This document shows positions 10,818 through 21,547 of a stretch of DNA of 64,000 bases, one piece after another. Numbering within the stretch: position 1 is the stretch's first letter; each line of letters opens with the position of its first letter. Position numbers and translations under genes: made by a program. The stretch is taken from the NCBI GenBank assembly GCA_963701095.1, contig OY969564.1, positions 2,304,001 to 2,368,000 on the forward strand, in the 5' to 3' direction. The notes under the pieces are model-generated. The model made no database searches. It was not told the DNA's origin and saw only the letters and a program-made list of their open reading frames with translations. This DNA is from an uncultured Methanoregulaceae archaeon. GTDB lineage: Archaea; Halobacteriota; Methanomicrobia; Methanomicrobiales; Methanospirillaceae.

Positions 10818-12335
10818 TCATTCCCTGCTGGTCAGGTTGATCGCGTTTACCAGTGCGTCGACCGAGGCGAGTACGATATCGTCGCCGCTGCCGCTTGCAT
10901 CATAGATCTTTCCATGTTCATCTGCGACAGCTATAGTGACATGGCATATCGCATCCGAACCCCCGCTTATCGCTTCGATATGGAACTCGGTCAGCTGGAT
11001 CTGCGCCGGGATGATCCCGAGAATGGCTTTTAGGGCAGCATCTACAGGGCCGTTTCCTACACTGGAGAAGACATGTTCGCACCCGTCGACCTGGGCCCGG
11101 ACGCTTGCGGTGGGAATGACGTGGTTACCTGTCATGATGGCGATATCTTCGAGCGTGAGTACCTTTTTCCCTGCACCCGTGCCCATGACACTTCCGGCGA
11201 TTTCGTAGAGGTCAGCGTCGGTAATACGTTTACCTTTGCTTGCGATTGCCTTGACCCTCTCGACAATGATATCGAGCTGTGCATCATCAGGACCGATATG
11301 GGCATCAGCGAGTGTCTGCCTGACAGCGTGCCGGCCGACATGTTTCCCTAGGGTTAGTCTCCGCCGGTGCCCGACCATCTCTGGAGTCATGATGCCGGGT
11401 TCAAAGGTATCAGATCGCTTGAGGACGCCCTGTGTGTGGATCCCGCTTTCGTGCGAGAAAACGTTTTCTCCGACCACGGGTTGGGTGGGGGGGATGCCAA
11501 TTCCCGAGAACCGGGAGATGAGACGCGAGGTCTCAACGAGGCGTTCTTTTTTAATCCCGGTGTTGACACCGTAGATCGATTCGAGGATCATGACGGTCTG
11601 GGCGAGGTCGGCGTTACCGGCACGTTCGCCTAATCCGTTGATGGTGACCTGGACCTGGGATGCCCCGGCTTCGACCGCCGCGACGGTGTTTGCAACCGCG
11701 AGGCCAAAGTCGTTGTGGCAGTGGACGTCAAGAGGGCAGTCTACGTCGTGTGCAAGCCTTGTCATGAGTGCCTTCATCCCTGAAGGGGCGATGACACCGA
11801 CAGTATCCGGGATGTTAATGATGGTTGCTCCGGCCCTGCTTGCAGCCCGGCAGACTTCGACCAGGTAGTCGGGTTCTGTCCGGGTTGCGTCCATGGGCGA
11901 GAACATGCACTTTTTGACATGTTTTCTCGCGTACCTGATGATTTCGTCCGTTATCTCAAGAACCTGTTCCCGGGTCTTGTTGATAGTGTTTTCACGCTGG
12001 ATGTCTGATGTAGGAATAAACACGTGGATCATGTCGACGTCGCAGTCGATGCAGGCATCAACATCGGCTTTAACAGATCTGGCAAGTCCGCAGACGTTGG
12101 CCTCTAACCCGAGCTTTTTGATAGCAGTGACGGTCTCTTTTTCCGCAGCCGACGACGCAGGGAACCCTGCTTCGATGGAATGGACACCGATGGCTGAGAG
12201 CTGTCGGGCAATTTCGATCTTCTGTTCAAAGGTGAATGCTATCCCCGGGGTCTGTTCTCCATCCCGGAGCGTTGTGTCAAAAACGGTCACGTCTTCATGC
12301 GCACGGCTGTCGGTGAAGAAGACGATCCCCCGCAA
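10818..12335 (-). CDS. leuA: 2-isopropylmalate synthase (LeuA/CimA family)
   Basis: DTTLRDGEQ, HCHNDFG, GLGERAGN, C-terminal regulatory GNGPVDA; EAGFP and INIPDTVG favour LeuA over CimA. Confidence 0.75.
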   Translation of the reverse strand: MRGIVFFTDSRAHEDVTVFDTTLRDGEQTPGIAFTFEQKIEIARQLSAIGVHSIEAGFPASSAAEKETVTAIKKLGLEANVCGLARSVKADVDACIDCDVDMIHVFIPTSDIQRENTINKTREQVLEITDEIIRYARKHVKKCMFSPMDATRTEPDYLVEVCRAASRAGATIINIPDTVGVIAPSGMKALMTRLAHDVDCPLDVHCHNDFGLAVANTVAAVEAGASQVQVTINGLGERAGNADLAQTVMILESIYGVNTGIKKERLVETSRLISRFSGIGIPPTQPVVGENVFSHESGIHTQGVLKRSDTFEPGIMTPEMVGHRRRLTLGKHVGRHAVRQTLADAHIGPDDAQLDIIVERVKAIASKGKRITDADLYEIAGSVMGTGAGKKVLTLEDIAIMTGNHVIPTASVRAQVDGCEHVFSSVGNGPVDAALKAILGIIPAQIQLTEFHIEAISGGSDAICHVTIAVADEHGKIYDASGSGDDIVLASVDALVNAINLTSRE

Positions 12336-12487
12336 AATCCTTGCGAGCCATGGTTATCCCTATACGTTCCCGGATTATTTAAAACGGTTACTGCACCAGG
12401 TTTCTTCTTTGGTTTTTCGCCAGAAAAACGAACTTGGGCACTGCGATATGTTTAATACGAAACTACCCCTACATTATTAGGCAGTGC

Positions 12488-12593
12488 CCCGCCTTAACTC
12501 AGCCTGGTAGAGTGCGCGGCTGTAGTATGGTTTGCCGGTATCGGCAACTGCGCGGCTACCGCGATGTCCCCGGTCCGAATCCGGGAGGCGGGA
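12488..12593 (+). tRNA. tRNA-Tyr(GTA) with 32-nt intron at 37/38 (12526-12557)
   Basis: Acceptor CCCGCCT/AGGCGGG, anticodon stem CGCGG/CCGCG, loop CT-GTA-G^A, T-arm GGTCCGAATCC. Confidence 0.92.
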
Positions 12594-12608
12594 TATACTG
12601 TATCAAAT

Positions 12609-12681
12609 GCCCAGGTAGTGTAGCGGCCTATCATGATTGCCTGTCACGCAATCGACTCGGATTCGAATTCCGACCTGGGCG
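12609..12681 (+). tRNA. tRNA-Asp(GTC)
   Basis: Acceptor GCCCAGG/CCTGGGC, anticodon stem ATTGC/GCAAT around CT-GTC-AC, TTCGAAT loop. Confidence 0.95.
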
Positions 12682-12729
12682 TAATCCATTTCTCGCAATT
12701 TTTCGATTTTTCGGGTGTATTTTTCAGGA

Positions 12730-13007
12730 TCGGAGGAGAATACGCTGATACACAAACGGAGCAGTCTGTCTATACTTCGGACGGGCAGGTGATTCAGGCA
12801 ACCGGGGTCCTGAATGCATCTGTACAGCAGCTTAATGTACTTGCAGATACGGCTAACTCTTGGAAAACCAAGGTGGAGAACGATATTGCGACGAACTATA
12901 TGTCCACCTATGCTTCCGATCTGCAAATGTACAACCAGACGTATAGTGTCTACCAGAATTATTACACGACGGTTTATTCTCCTGATTATACACGTGGAAC
13001 ACCCTGA
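12730..13007 (+). pseudogene. headless gene fragment (Y/T/N/Q-rich)
   Basis: Protein-like open frame (YADTQTEQ...YSPDYTRGTP) with no start codon between the tRNA and the start of this stretch. Confidence 0.35.
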
Positions 13008-13165
13008 ATACCAATCTGCAGGATGTATCTATGCCAAAAGAAATGGTATTGGAGAATAATTATGGATGAACCGGGGGATAAATGTCGGTGTGGCAATATG
13101 GCCTCACGGTGGAGTGGGTTATTACGCCAAAGAATACCATGCATCCTGAAAAGCAACAGTCTCCC

Positions 13166-13671
13166 ATGAAAAACATCATTCTCATTGGCATGCCCGGTGC
13201 AGGGAAGAGCACCGTCGGGGTTATTCTTGCAAAGATGCTCGGGATGACCTTTGTTGATACCGATATTGCGATCCAGGAACGTGCCGGCCGGCTCCTGCAG
13301 GAGATTATCAATATGGATGGACCAGATGCGTTTCTCGCGATCGAAGAGAAGACAATTCTCTCCCTTCATTACCATCATTGCGTTATCGCCACCGGGGGAA
13401 GTGTTGTTTTTTCAAAAACGGCGATGGACTGGCTGAAGCAGGATAGCGTGATCGTGTACCTGAAGATCTCCTGCGAGGACATGATCAAAAGGCTCAGGAA
13501 CATCACGACCCGGGTGTTGTCCTGATCCCAGGACAGAGCCTTCCGGCTATGTATCATCAGAGGGTTCCTCTGTACGAGCAGTATGCCGATATCACAATCG
13601 ACTGCGCAGACGAGGATTTTGAAGAGGTGGTGGGGAAGGTGATTCGGGAGCTCGCTGTGAAAAAGTTTTGA
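13166..13671 (+). CDS. aroK: shikimate kinase (apparent frameshift ~13513)
   Basis: IGMPGAGKST, VDTD, IATGGS; second frame gives RVPLYEQYADITID to TGA at 13671. Confidence 0.88.
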
Positions 13672-14052
13672 ACTTTGATTTCGTTCAGCCGGCTCTCCAA
13701 GGGCTTATAAGAGCGGATGGATTTCCAACGACGATAGCTATTCACGCAGTATTGATGATCATTCACCTGTTGTATCCAGGTAATCCTGCCAAGATCTCAG
13801 GGAATTGTCTCGGTGGCCAAAAAAACCGGATCTATAGATAGAAATATGAGGTCACGAAGCAAGTCTTGCCAGTCACAGGAGGAAAAAGGAAACCGGAGTC
13901 ACCGGCGGGCCGGCGACATCCTTACACAAACAGTGACGGGAAGAGATCATTCCCTATCACCAGTCTACCGCACCCGGTGCAGCATACCGGGAGTACACAC
14001 GGCTTTTGCCGGAAAATACAACAAATGAAAATAAAAAAAATTGAGGTTTGAA

Positions 14053-15687
14053 ATGTCACAACAGCTTGGCGGACAGCCAATTATCATTCTCAGGCAGGGA
14101 ACGACACGAAATCGCGGGCAGGAAGCCCAGGAGAATAACATTGCCGCAGCTAAGGCAGTAGCTACCGCGGTTCGGTCGACTCTTGGCCCAAAAGGCATGG
14201 ACAAGATGCTCATAGACAGCATGGGAGATATCGTTATCACCAACGATGGTGCAACCATCCTCAAACAGATGGACATCGAACATCCTGCAGCAAAGATGAT
14301 GGTCGAGATTGCAAAGACCCAGGACGACGAAGTGGGCGATGGCACAACATCGGCAGTCGTTATCGCCGGTGAACTCTTAAAGCAGGCCGAAGAACTGCTC
14401 CAGTCCCGTGTCCACCCGACTGTCATTGGGGAAGGATACCAGCAGGCGGCTGTAAAGTCACTGGCGATCCTTGAGAGCCTATCTGTTGCGGTAAAACCCT
14501 CCGATACTGCAATGCTTGAAAAAGTCGCGGAAACAGCGATCAGCGGTAAAGGTGCAGAGGCCTACAAGAAACTTCTCTGTGCGATGGTCGTAAAAGCAGT
14601 CACGTCGATCACCGAGCCCGATGGAACGGTCGATATCAAGCATATAAACGTGCAAAAGAAAGTCGGTGGTGCCGTGGAAAATACCGTTCTGATCGAAGGT
14701 ATGGTACTTGACAAGGAGAGGGCGAACCCGGGTATGCCAAAAGTGGTAAAGGACGCCAGGATCCTTCTTCTTAATGCGGCAGTCGAGTTCAGGAAGACCG
14801 AAGTCAGCGCCGAGATCAATATCACCCGCCCCGAACAGTTACAGGCTTTCCTCGATGAAGAAGCGCAAATGGTGCACGGCCTTGCAGAGAAGATTATTGC
14901 AAGCGGAGCGAACGTCATGTTCTGCCAGAAAGGTATTGATGATGTCGCCCAGCATTACCTGGCAAAAGCCGGCATTCTTGCCGTGCGACGGGTAAAAAAG
15001 AGCGACATGGAGAACCTTGCCCGCGCTACTGGTGCAGCGCTTGTCAACAGCATAGACGCAATTTCTGCCTCCGATCTCGGGACAGCCGGCCTAGTGGAGG
15101 AAAAGAAGTTCTCCGGTGAAGAGATGATTACGGTCTCGCACTGCAAAAACCCAAAAGCAGTCTCCATCATAATCCGGGGCGGCTCAGACCACATTATCGA
15201 TGAGATCGAGCGTGCTCTCCATGATGCACTCATGGTGGTCAGTGTTGTTGTAAAGGACAAGAAAATCGTCGCCGGAGGAGGAGCACCCGAGACCGAGCTT
15301 TCGCTTCAGTTGCGACAATATGCCTCGACTCTGGGGGGCCGCAACCAGCTTGCCGTTGAAGCATTTGCAGCAGCCATGGATGTTATTCCCCGTGCTCTAG
15401 CCGAGAATGCAGGTCTTGATTCCATCGATATGCTGGTTGCAATCCGGGCTGCGCATGAAGCAGGGAACCGGACCTTCGGCCTTGATGTATACGCGGGAAA
15501 ACCCGTTGACATGCTGAAAGCCGGGGTTGTCGAACCGTTAAGGGTCAAGACCCAGGCGATCACCAGTGCAGCCGAGGCAGCAGTCATGATCCTGCGTATC
15601 GACGATGTCATTTCCTCGTCAAAAGCAGCTCCTTCGGAAGGCGGGATGCCGCCCGGTGGGATGCCTCCGGGCATGGGCGATTATTAA
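14053..15687 (+). CDS. thsA: thermosome (group II chaperonin) subunit
   Basis: [23 protein letters not shown]-terminal GGMPPGGM. Confidence 0.96.
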   Translation: MSQQLGGQPIIILRQGTTRNRGQEAQENNIAAAKAVATAVRSTLGPKGMDKMLIDSMGDIVITNDGATILKQMDIEHPAAKMMVEIAKTQDDEVGDGTTSAVVIAGELLKQAEELLQSRVHPTVIGEGYQQAAVKSLAILESLSVAVKPSDTAMLEKVAETAISGKGAEAYKKLLCAMVVKAVTSITEPDGTVDIKHINVQKKVGGAVENTVLIEGMVLDKERANPGMPKVVKDARILLLNAAVEFRKTEVSAEINITRPEQLQAFLDEEAQMVHGLAEKIIASGANVMFCQKGIDDVAQHYLAKAGILAVRRVKKSDMENLARATGAALVNSIDAISASDLGTAGLVEEKKFSGEEMITVSHCKNPKAVSIIIRGGSDHIIDEIERALHDALMVVSVVVKDKKIVAGGGAPETELSLQLRQYASTLGGRNQLAVEAFAAAMDVIPRALAENAGLDSIDMLVAIRAAHEAGNRTFGLDVYAGKPVDMLKAGVVEPLRVKTQAITSAAEAAVMILRIDDVISSSKAAPSEGGMPPGGMPPGMGDY

Positions 15688-15951
15688 CCCCCTTTTTTCG
15701 GTAGTTTTTCCGGTTGGGCTCATTGTTTTTCCGGAAACGAAATCGGTTTCATGCATCATGCTATACGCTGGGACAACCTATTCATATGTACACAAACGGT
15801 TTTGGGCATACATTCGATCGCGCTCGATCCTGAGGACAAGAGCGATCTATCGCCTCCCCTATGAAACCCTTTTTGCAGTAAAAATCGATTAAAACCAAGG
15901 GTCTGGTATCATTTTCCCTTGGGCGCACCAGAGCATATCAACGAGGAAACA

Positions 15952-16149
15952 ATGCCTAAACAACTATTCAAATCGGAAGTTGCGGGGACATCCGCCGGAA
16001 ATATCATCCGGTGGATCTGTCCCACATGTTATGCAGAAAATGCAATTATTAACAGAACAGCAGGGGATTTTTTCAAGGCATCCCGGGATTCCACATGCCG
16101 GCAATGCAGGAACCGTTCTACCATTACAACACCCCGCTTTCACGCGTAA
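15952..16149 (+). CDS. small zinc-ribbon protein
   Basis: CPTC and CRQC pairs. Confidence 0.6.
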   Translation: MPKQLFKSEVAGTSAGNIIRWICPTCYAENAIINRTAGDFFKASRDSTCRQCRNRSTITTPRFHA

Positions 16150-16165
16150 CCGGCATTTTCTTTTT

Positions 16166-16342
16166 TTAACGCGTTCTGGTTCTCAAAATCACTGCTATAA
16201 TCAGCACAATTATTGAAAGGGTTAATATGTACCAATCATATTCGTATAGATTCTTTTGAAGAGCAGTTCTTGCAATGCTAATGAGAGTTACTACCGCAAT
16301 ACCTGACCAAAACCCGATTATCAAATCCCAGTTGATTTTCAT
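16166..16342 (-). CDS. small 2-TM membrane protein
   Basis: Two hydrophobic segments. Confidence 0.5.
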   Translation of the reverse strand: MKINWDLIIGFWSGIAVVTLISIARTALQKNLYEYDWYILTLSIIVLIIAVILRTRTR

Positions 16343-16571
16343 AAATCTCGACCTTCCAGTCAAAAGTGGTAATCTTACTAAATCTACTTTTGGGCTTTGC
16401 CCAGGGTATCATCACCCTGCCTTCGCCAATCAAATCTTATGTCAAATCCGGTCTTAAAAAAACGATCTGTTAACCTGTGATAATTGCTGCTTACCCGATG
16501 TCCGTAAAATGCTTCCTCATTAAGTGGATTTATCTTATATACTGCGGATAATCCCCGTGTGAGGAAACACC

Positions 16572-17009
16572 ATGTCTCCAAGGGTAGATCCATTCAATAA
16601 TGCCCGGTTTCTCGTGGAAATTGAGGGAATAACACGGGCCGGGTTCCAGGAAGTCGAGTTCGGGAGTGCCGAAACCGAGGTCATCGAGTACCGGGAAGGA
16701 AACGATCCCCCTGTAATGAGAAAATTATCAGGCCTAACCTTGTATTGCCCGATCCGGCTGGTATGGGGTATTACCAGCGATATGGAACTGTATACCTGGT
16801 ACAATACCTGCATCACGTCCGGAGCGGCTGGCCAGAAAAGAAGTATTGACATTATCCTGCTCGACGATGGCGGAAACGAGAAGGTGCGGTGGACTCTTTC
16901 GAATGCATGGCCCAGCAGATATATCCCGCCGGACTTCTCTGCCCTGGATTGTGATGTTGCGATTGAAATGCTCGAGATTGTTCACGAGGGATTTACCCGG
17001 GTTACCTGA
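16572..17009 (+). CDS. T4 gp19-like tail tube protein (eCIS Afp1/Afp5-type)
   Basis: DPF..ARFLVEIEG..AGFQEV..IEYREG..RKLSG..LxWG..W..RW..NAWP..VAIE.LEIVHEG. Confidence 0.88.
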   Translation: MSPRVDPFNNARFLVEIEGITRAGFQEVEFGSAETEVIEYREGNDPPVMRKLSGLTLYCPIRLVWGITSDMELYTWYNTCITSGAAGQKRSIDIILLDDGGNEKVRWTLSNAWPSRYIPPDFSALDCDVAIEMLEIVHEGFTRVT

Positions 17010-17039
17010 TTGTCCGTTGGAAGGAGGCCTGAACAACGT

Positions 17040-17470
17040 ATGCCAAGTTCACAGCGACAGGACCCTCTGCCGGCATTCCGGTTCGTGGTCGAGAAAGAGG
17101 GAAAAGCAATCCCGCAGGTGACCAGGGTCACCGGTCTCATGCTGGAAAGCGGGTTGTTCTTTCCCGATACTCCCGGTGCATCTCTTCTTCCGGTCCCCCA
17201 TGTTGTTGTGCAGCGGGGAGTAACGGACGATACCCAGCTCTGGGACTGGGTGAAAATGACCCGTAAGGATCCTACCCTCAGGTACGATATCCGGATCCTT
17301 CTCATGGACGCCTCCGGCAAAGCATTTAATGTCTGGCGGCTTGTGAAGGCCTACCCGTTCGGTGGTACGGGCCGGATCTCATCGCTGACACGAGTGCGGT
17401 GGCGTTCGAGATGCTCGAACTCGGGTATGAACGGATCGATTGGGAACTTCCTGACGGGACGTCGGTCTGA
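17040..17470 (+). CDS. second, divergent gp19-like tube protein (apparent frameshift ~17358)
   Basis: DPLPAFRFVVE..QRGVT..LWDW..W..KAYP; second frame WYGPDL.AD..AVAFEMLELGYE to TGA at 17470. Confidence 0.78.
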
Positions 17471-17526
17471 GACGGAACCCGTGATGTATCGGATCCCAGA
17501 GGCGGGCTTGAAATAGGGAAGAGCGA

Positions 17527-17564
17527 GACGCTCACCGGGGATTTCGCCCCTTGCAGCCTGGGCT
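17527..17564 (+). repeat. dispersed structured ~40-nt repeat, copy 1
   Basis: GACGCTCACCGGGGATTTCGCCCCTTGCAGCCTGGGCT. Confidence 0.75.
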
Positions 17565-17822
17565 GGACCCGGTCCGGATGTGTCGGCAGGATATACTCCA
17601 CCATATACTCAGGTTGTATGGCGGTTGTTCTGTCAAGGTATCGGCAGTTCTGAATATCCTCCCATCGAAGGAAAAAGGACAACCTGCAGACGAATGAACA
17701 GAACACCTTTTTCATTGTACTAACTTGGCGGTTCAATCAGACAACTTTGAGGATCTTGGGAATATATCCAACCATCCATGTAACAACCAAACGATACAAA
17801 ATGTAACGTATGGAGAACATCG

Positions 17823-18428
17823 ATGTCACAACTCGTTATAGAAACAGACACGGTAAAAAGAGGAGTGCTCTACTTCTTTGCTATCGTGGGCATCGCGATC
17901 ATTGGATGCTGGATCGGGATGGGTATCGTGGATCATTACATCAGTTTAGAGGCACAGCAGGCACCTGCTCCTGTGAGTGCACCTGTTACGGCTCCGGCAA
18001 CTGCTCCTGCTGCAGCTTCTGCTCTTCCTGTGGCACCAGTGGCACAACAGTACCCGTTTGTCATTGAATTTACGGTTCTGTCAACCACCGTAGCAGACGG
18101 GCATTATGTAGTGTTCACGACCGCCGGCCAGACCTTGTACATGCCTGACTTCTCTTCGTGGAACTCTTTGTACCCGCAGAACACGTATACCACGACCATT
18201 CTCGGGACTGAGGTAAATGGTGCATTGGATGCCAGTGCCGCAAACCTGATGTACCATTTCAATTATCCCCCGGTATCTTATCCCTTCTCTTACCCGGTGT
18301 ACTATCACTACTCGGGCTTGTACTACCGGTTCGATGGGTTGAAATCAAGCCAGATTCCGGCAACCACAGTTTCCGGTCAAAGAGTGATAGAGGGTATCCC
18401 CCCAAACTGGAACAGGGCCTATCCATAA
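17823..18428 (+). CDS. membrane-anchored hypothetical protein (one copy of a ~55-aa domain)
   Basis: N-terminal TM, Ala/Pro linker; paralog of 18537-19487. Confidence 0.75.
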   Translation: MSQLVIETDTVKRGVLYFFAIVGIAIIGCWIGMGIVDHYISLEAQQAPAPVSAPVTAPATAPAAASALPVAPVAQQYPFVIEFTVLSTTVADGHYVVFTTAGQTLYMPDFSSWNSLYPQNTYTTTILGTEVNGALDASAANLMYHFNYPPVSYPFSYPVYYHYSGLYYRFDGLKSSQIPATTVSGQRVIEGIPPNWNRAYP

Positions 18429-18536
18429 TCCTCTTTACAATCTGCCTTTAGTCCAGGTATACCCCTACAGGAGTTACCCGGTTTTTGCGGATCTGGATCG
18501 CCTCAAAGAACACCTTAAATTTCTCTCGGATACACT

Positions 18537-19487
18537 ATGTCCCAGCTTGTCATAGAAACGGATACCATCAAAAAAGGAGTGCTTTACTTCTTTGCTGTCG
18601 CGGGCATCGCAATTGTCGGATGCTGGATCGGGATGGGTATCATGAATTATTGCATCAGCGAGGCGGCACAATTAACCAGTGCTCCTGTCACTGCATCTGC
18701 CACGGCTTCCGCGCCAGCTGTGGCATCACCGGTACAACAGTTCCCTTTTGTCATTGAATTCACGGTTCTGTCAACCACCTTTGCCAACGGGCATTACCAG
18801 GTCGGGACAACCGCCGGAAACATTCTCTACGTGCCTGACTATGCGACGTGGAACTCTTTGTGGCTGCACGATTCCTATTCTGCAACGATAACAGGTGTCG
18901 AGCCAAACGGTGTTCTGGATGCCGGGACAGTCAGCCGTGTATCCTTATCTGGCACGTTTCCTTCATTACCTGAAACAATTCAGGCATCGCCCTATCCCAA
19001 AGCCCTTGCATTTACGGTCTCGTCGACAACCATAACAAACGGCAATTATGACGTAATGACTACCACCGGCCAGACCTTGCACCTGCCCGATTACGCGACA
19101 TGGAACGCGCTGCTCCCGCAGGACACTTATTCTGCAACAATTACCGGTTCTGAGGCTGACGGTTCGCTGGATGCCAGTACCATAACTCCTGCCCAGGTAA
19201 ATTATCCGGCGGGTACGTCCCGGGTAAGTACTGCGATGGCATCACCAACGACCTGGACACTCCAGGACTCACAGCACACCGGCACCATAACACTGTACCC
19301 GGGCGGTACCGGCCAGGCAACCATCGATAGTTACCCGACGGTATCGTTCACGTACACGCTCGCGGCCGATGGAACAGAGGGAACAGCATCGTACAACCTC
19401 TGGTCGGTCCCGTTCACGTACAATCCCGCCACTCATGTAATTACATCACCTCATTATCCGGGAGCAGAACTGGTTCCTGCCGGATAA
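18537..19487 (+). CDS. membrane-anchored hypothetical protein (two copies of the same domain)
   Basis: Near-identical N-terminus MSQLVIETDT.K.GVLYFFA; internal repeat FTV.STT..NG.Y.V.TT.G..L..PD...WN.L. Confidence 0.75.
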   Translation: MSQLVIETDTIKKGVLYFFAVAGIAIVGCWIGMGIMNYCISEAAQLTSAPVTASATASAPAVASPVQQFPFVIEFTVLSTTFANGHYQVGTTAGNILYVPDYATWNSLWLHDSYSATITGVEPNGVLDAGTVSRVSLSGTFPSLPETIQASPYPKALAFTVSSTTITNGNYDVMTTTGQTLHLPDYATWNALLPQDTYSATITGSEADGSLDASTITPAQVNYPAGTSRVSTAMASPTTWTLQDSQHTGTITLYPGGTGQATIDSYPTVSFTYTLAADGTEGTASYNLWSVPFTYNPATHVITSPHYPGAELVPAG

Positions 19488-19783
19488 AATCGTATTTTTA
19501 AGGTACCCTGGAGCAGGCTGTTGATCCGCATGGTACTGGGTTTTTTCGGGACACACTAACAGGACTATGAGGTATGGAGGAAAGAAACCGGGCGTGTGAC
19601 CTCACGCCCGGCGAAATCCCGGAGTGTTCGAGTATCTCCCATATTGACCGCAGTCAGCGTGCGGTCGGTCTGATATATACGAGTATACTTAAAAAGTCGT
19701 GGTCACTTTCTATTTTTTAGAATTCCGATTTGTTCTCTTCTTTGTTCCGGACTCTCTTAAAAAAATGAATTTCGCCGTATTAT

Positions 19784-19927
19784 CTAATGGTATATCTTGC
19801 ATCCAAGGAACCCGAGATAAAGACCGCCCCCTATGATGGTCAATGCGCTGAATCCTGTAAGGAGGAGGAAAAACCATGCGAGTCCTCCGCCGATTATTTG
19901 TATTCCGGTTTTTATCTGATCATCCAT
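19784..19927 (-). CDS. small membrane protein
   Basis: 47-aa hydrophobic ORF MDDQIKTGIQIIGGG.. Confidence 0.4.
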   Translation of the reverse strand: MDDQIKTGIQIIGGGLAWFFLLLTGFSALTIIGGGLYLGFLGCKIYH

Positions 19928-20074
19928 GGGAGAAAAACTCCTGAAAAACGAAACTTCATGCAATTTTACTGCCCGTGGCATATATAATTCCCTGATCGCG
20001 TTTGGAATATGATTGAACCGCCGGGTTAGTACAATCAAACTTCGAAAATCGTTCTCGCACGGTTCCGCTCTTCA

Positions 20075-20479
20075 TTAGCACTTCGCCTCGCATGCGAAGG
20101 CTGCGGGTCCATTGCTCCCGGCGTTCGAGGCACACTGTTCCACACAGGCTTTACAGGCATCGAATGTTGCGTTCTCCACTAACCTGCAACTTCCTCCACT
20201 GGTATCGCACCGGGCATACACCCGGCACTTGTCGCCAAGCTCGTACACCATTGAACATTCCTGCGGGGGATTGGGACTGCATGCGAGATCAAGACCATGA
20301 CATGGCGTAAGTCCACAGGAGGATCCGCTCAGGGTGACTGCCGGGATCGTAGTGGGCATTGTGGGCGAACTTCCTCCCCCGGGAGATGTGGATGTGCAGC
20401 CTGATGCAAGGAAGCCTGCGATGAGTAAGGCTGTAAAAATACCGGTGATGATAACATCAGCCCTCATAAAAAATCCCAT
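20075..20479 (-). CDS. Cys-rich lipoprotein
   Basis: Lipobox-like ASGCT, T/P linker, C-terminal domain with about 10 Cys. Confidence 0.7.
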   Translation of the reverse strand: MGFFMRADVIITGIFTALLIAGFLASGCTSTSPGGGSSPTMPTTIPAVTLSGSSCGLTPCHGLDLACSPNPPQECSMVYELGDKCRVYARCDTSGGSCRLVENATFDACKACVEQCASNAGSNGPAAFACEAKC

Positions 20480-20659
20480 GGTAGAGATAAATCCACTATC
20501 CTATTATAAATTTTTTTAACCACTGTGCCGGTGCATGAACGGGACTCAAAAGAAACGGATACCGTCTAATCGATGGTGTCTGTTTAACAGGTCCCGACAA
20601 AGCACCAGAACCTGCGAAGCATACAATTATTAATTTCCAATCTCTATGCGGGAAATATT

Positions 20660-20992
20660 ATGGCACAAACCATTAAACTAATCGTTTATCCGGTTCACGA
20701 TATAGAAAAAGCCAAAGCATTTTATGGCAGGTTTCTCGATGCCAAACCGTATGTTGAAAGCACTTACTATGTAGGGTATAAGGTTGGCAGCCAGGAAATC
20801 GGATTAGACCCTAACTCCACGATTGGGCCTGTTGCTTATACCGATGTGAAGGATATCAAAAGCAGTCTCCAGGCAATGATTGAAGCCGGTGCTGAGGTTG
20901 TGCAGGACGCGAAGGAGGTAGGTGGTGGTCTGTTCATAGCCCAGGTAAGGGACGCTGACGGGAACGTTGTCGGACTCAGACAACAACCTTAA
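20660..20992 (+). CDS. VOC/glyoxalase family protein
   Basis: YPVHDIEKAKAFY..EVGGG..RDADGNVVGL. Confidence 0.88.
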   Translation: MAQTIKLIVYPVHDIEKAKAFYGRFLDAKPYVESTYYVGYKVGSQEIGLDPNSTIGPVAYTDVKDIKSSLQAMIEAGAEVVQDAKEVGGGLFIAQVRDADGNVVGLRQQP

Positions 20993-21093
20993 GGTCCTGA
21001 CGGACTATCGCAAAAACAACGACATCTGGCGGGTCAACAGATATCAATTTTAATTTATTCCGGATGCCATTGCATGAACGGATTCGCACACAC

Positions 21094-21417
21094 TCATTCC
21101 TGGTTGCCGCTCATTGCCTCGCTCATCTTTAGTTTGATCATCTCCATTGCTTCCTGGATGGTATCCCGGGCATCCTCCCGTTCCATCCGGTAGAGTTTCT
21201 GCAAAGGAGAAAGAGCCCTTGGATCTCCGAGCATGCCCAATGCCCAGGCAGCTTTTAACCGCACCCGAACGTCGTCATCCCACAGGGTGTCAATCAACGG
21301 CTCCACGGCCCGGGTATCTCCCATCCGCCCCAGCGATTCCGCCGCCTTCCACCGCGTCCCCTCGTTATCATCGGAAAGCATTTCGACTAATCCTTCAAGA
21401 GTACCTGGACATCGCAT
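21094..21417 (-). CDS. HEAT (PBS lyase-type) repeat protein
   Basis: R.KAAESLG..GD.RAV.PLI repeats. Confidence 0.85.
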   Translation of the reverse strand: MRCPGTLEGLVEMLSDDNEGTRWKAAESLGRMGDTRAVEPLIDTLWDDDVRVRLKAAWALGMLGDPRALSPLQKLYRMEREDARDTIQEAMEMIKLKMSEAMSGNQE

Positions 21418-21547
21418 ACCACCTCTAACCGGCGGTTAATGATTCCTGTTTTTTTCGCACCTTCTTAAAAAGTCTCGCAATGCACCGTCTCGATCCGTGA
21501 ACCGGTGCACGAGGTGGATTATGCCTGAGAAACGTTGCGGAGCCGGT

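Noticed and set aside
12526..12557. tRNA-Tyr intron as a novelty
   Set aside because: Canonical 37/38 position, common in archaeal tRNA-Tyr
12488..12681. tRNA 3' end as att site for the integrase element
   Set aside because: No second copy of either tRNA 3' end was found by eye, and the integrase is 10 kb away
19588..19611. Hairpin CCGGGCGTG-6-CACGCCCGG as another copy of the dispersed repeat
   Set aside because: Sequence does not match the consensus; single hairpin between convergent genes, probably a terminator-like element
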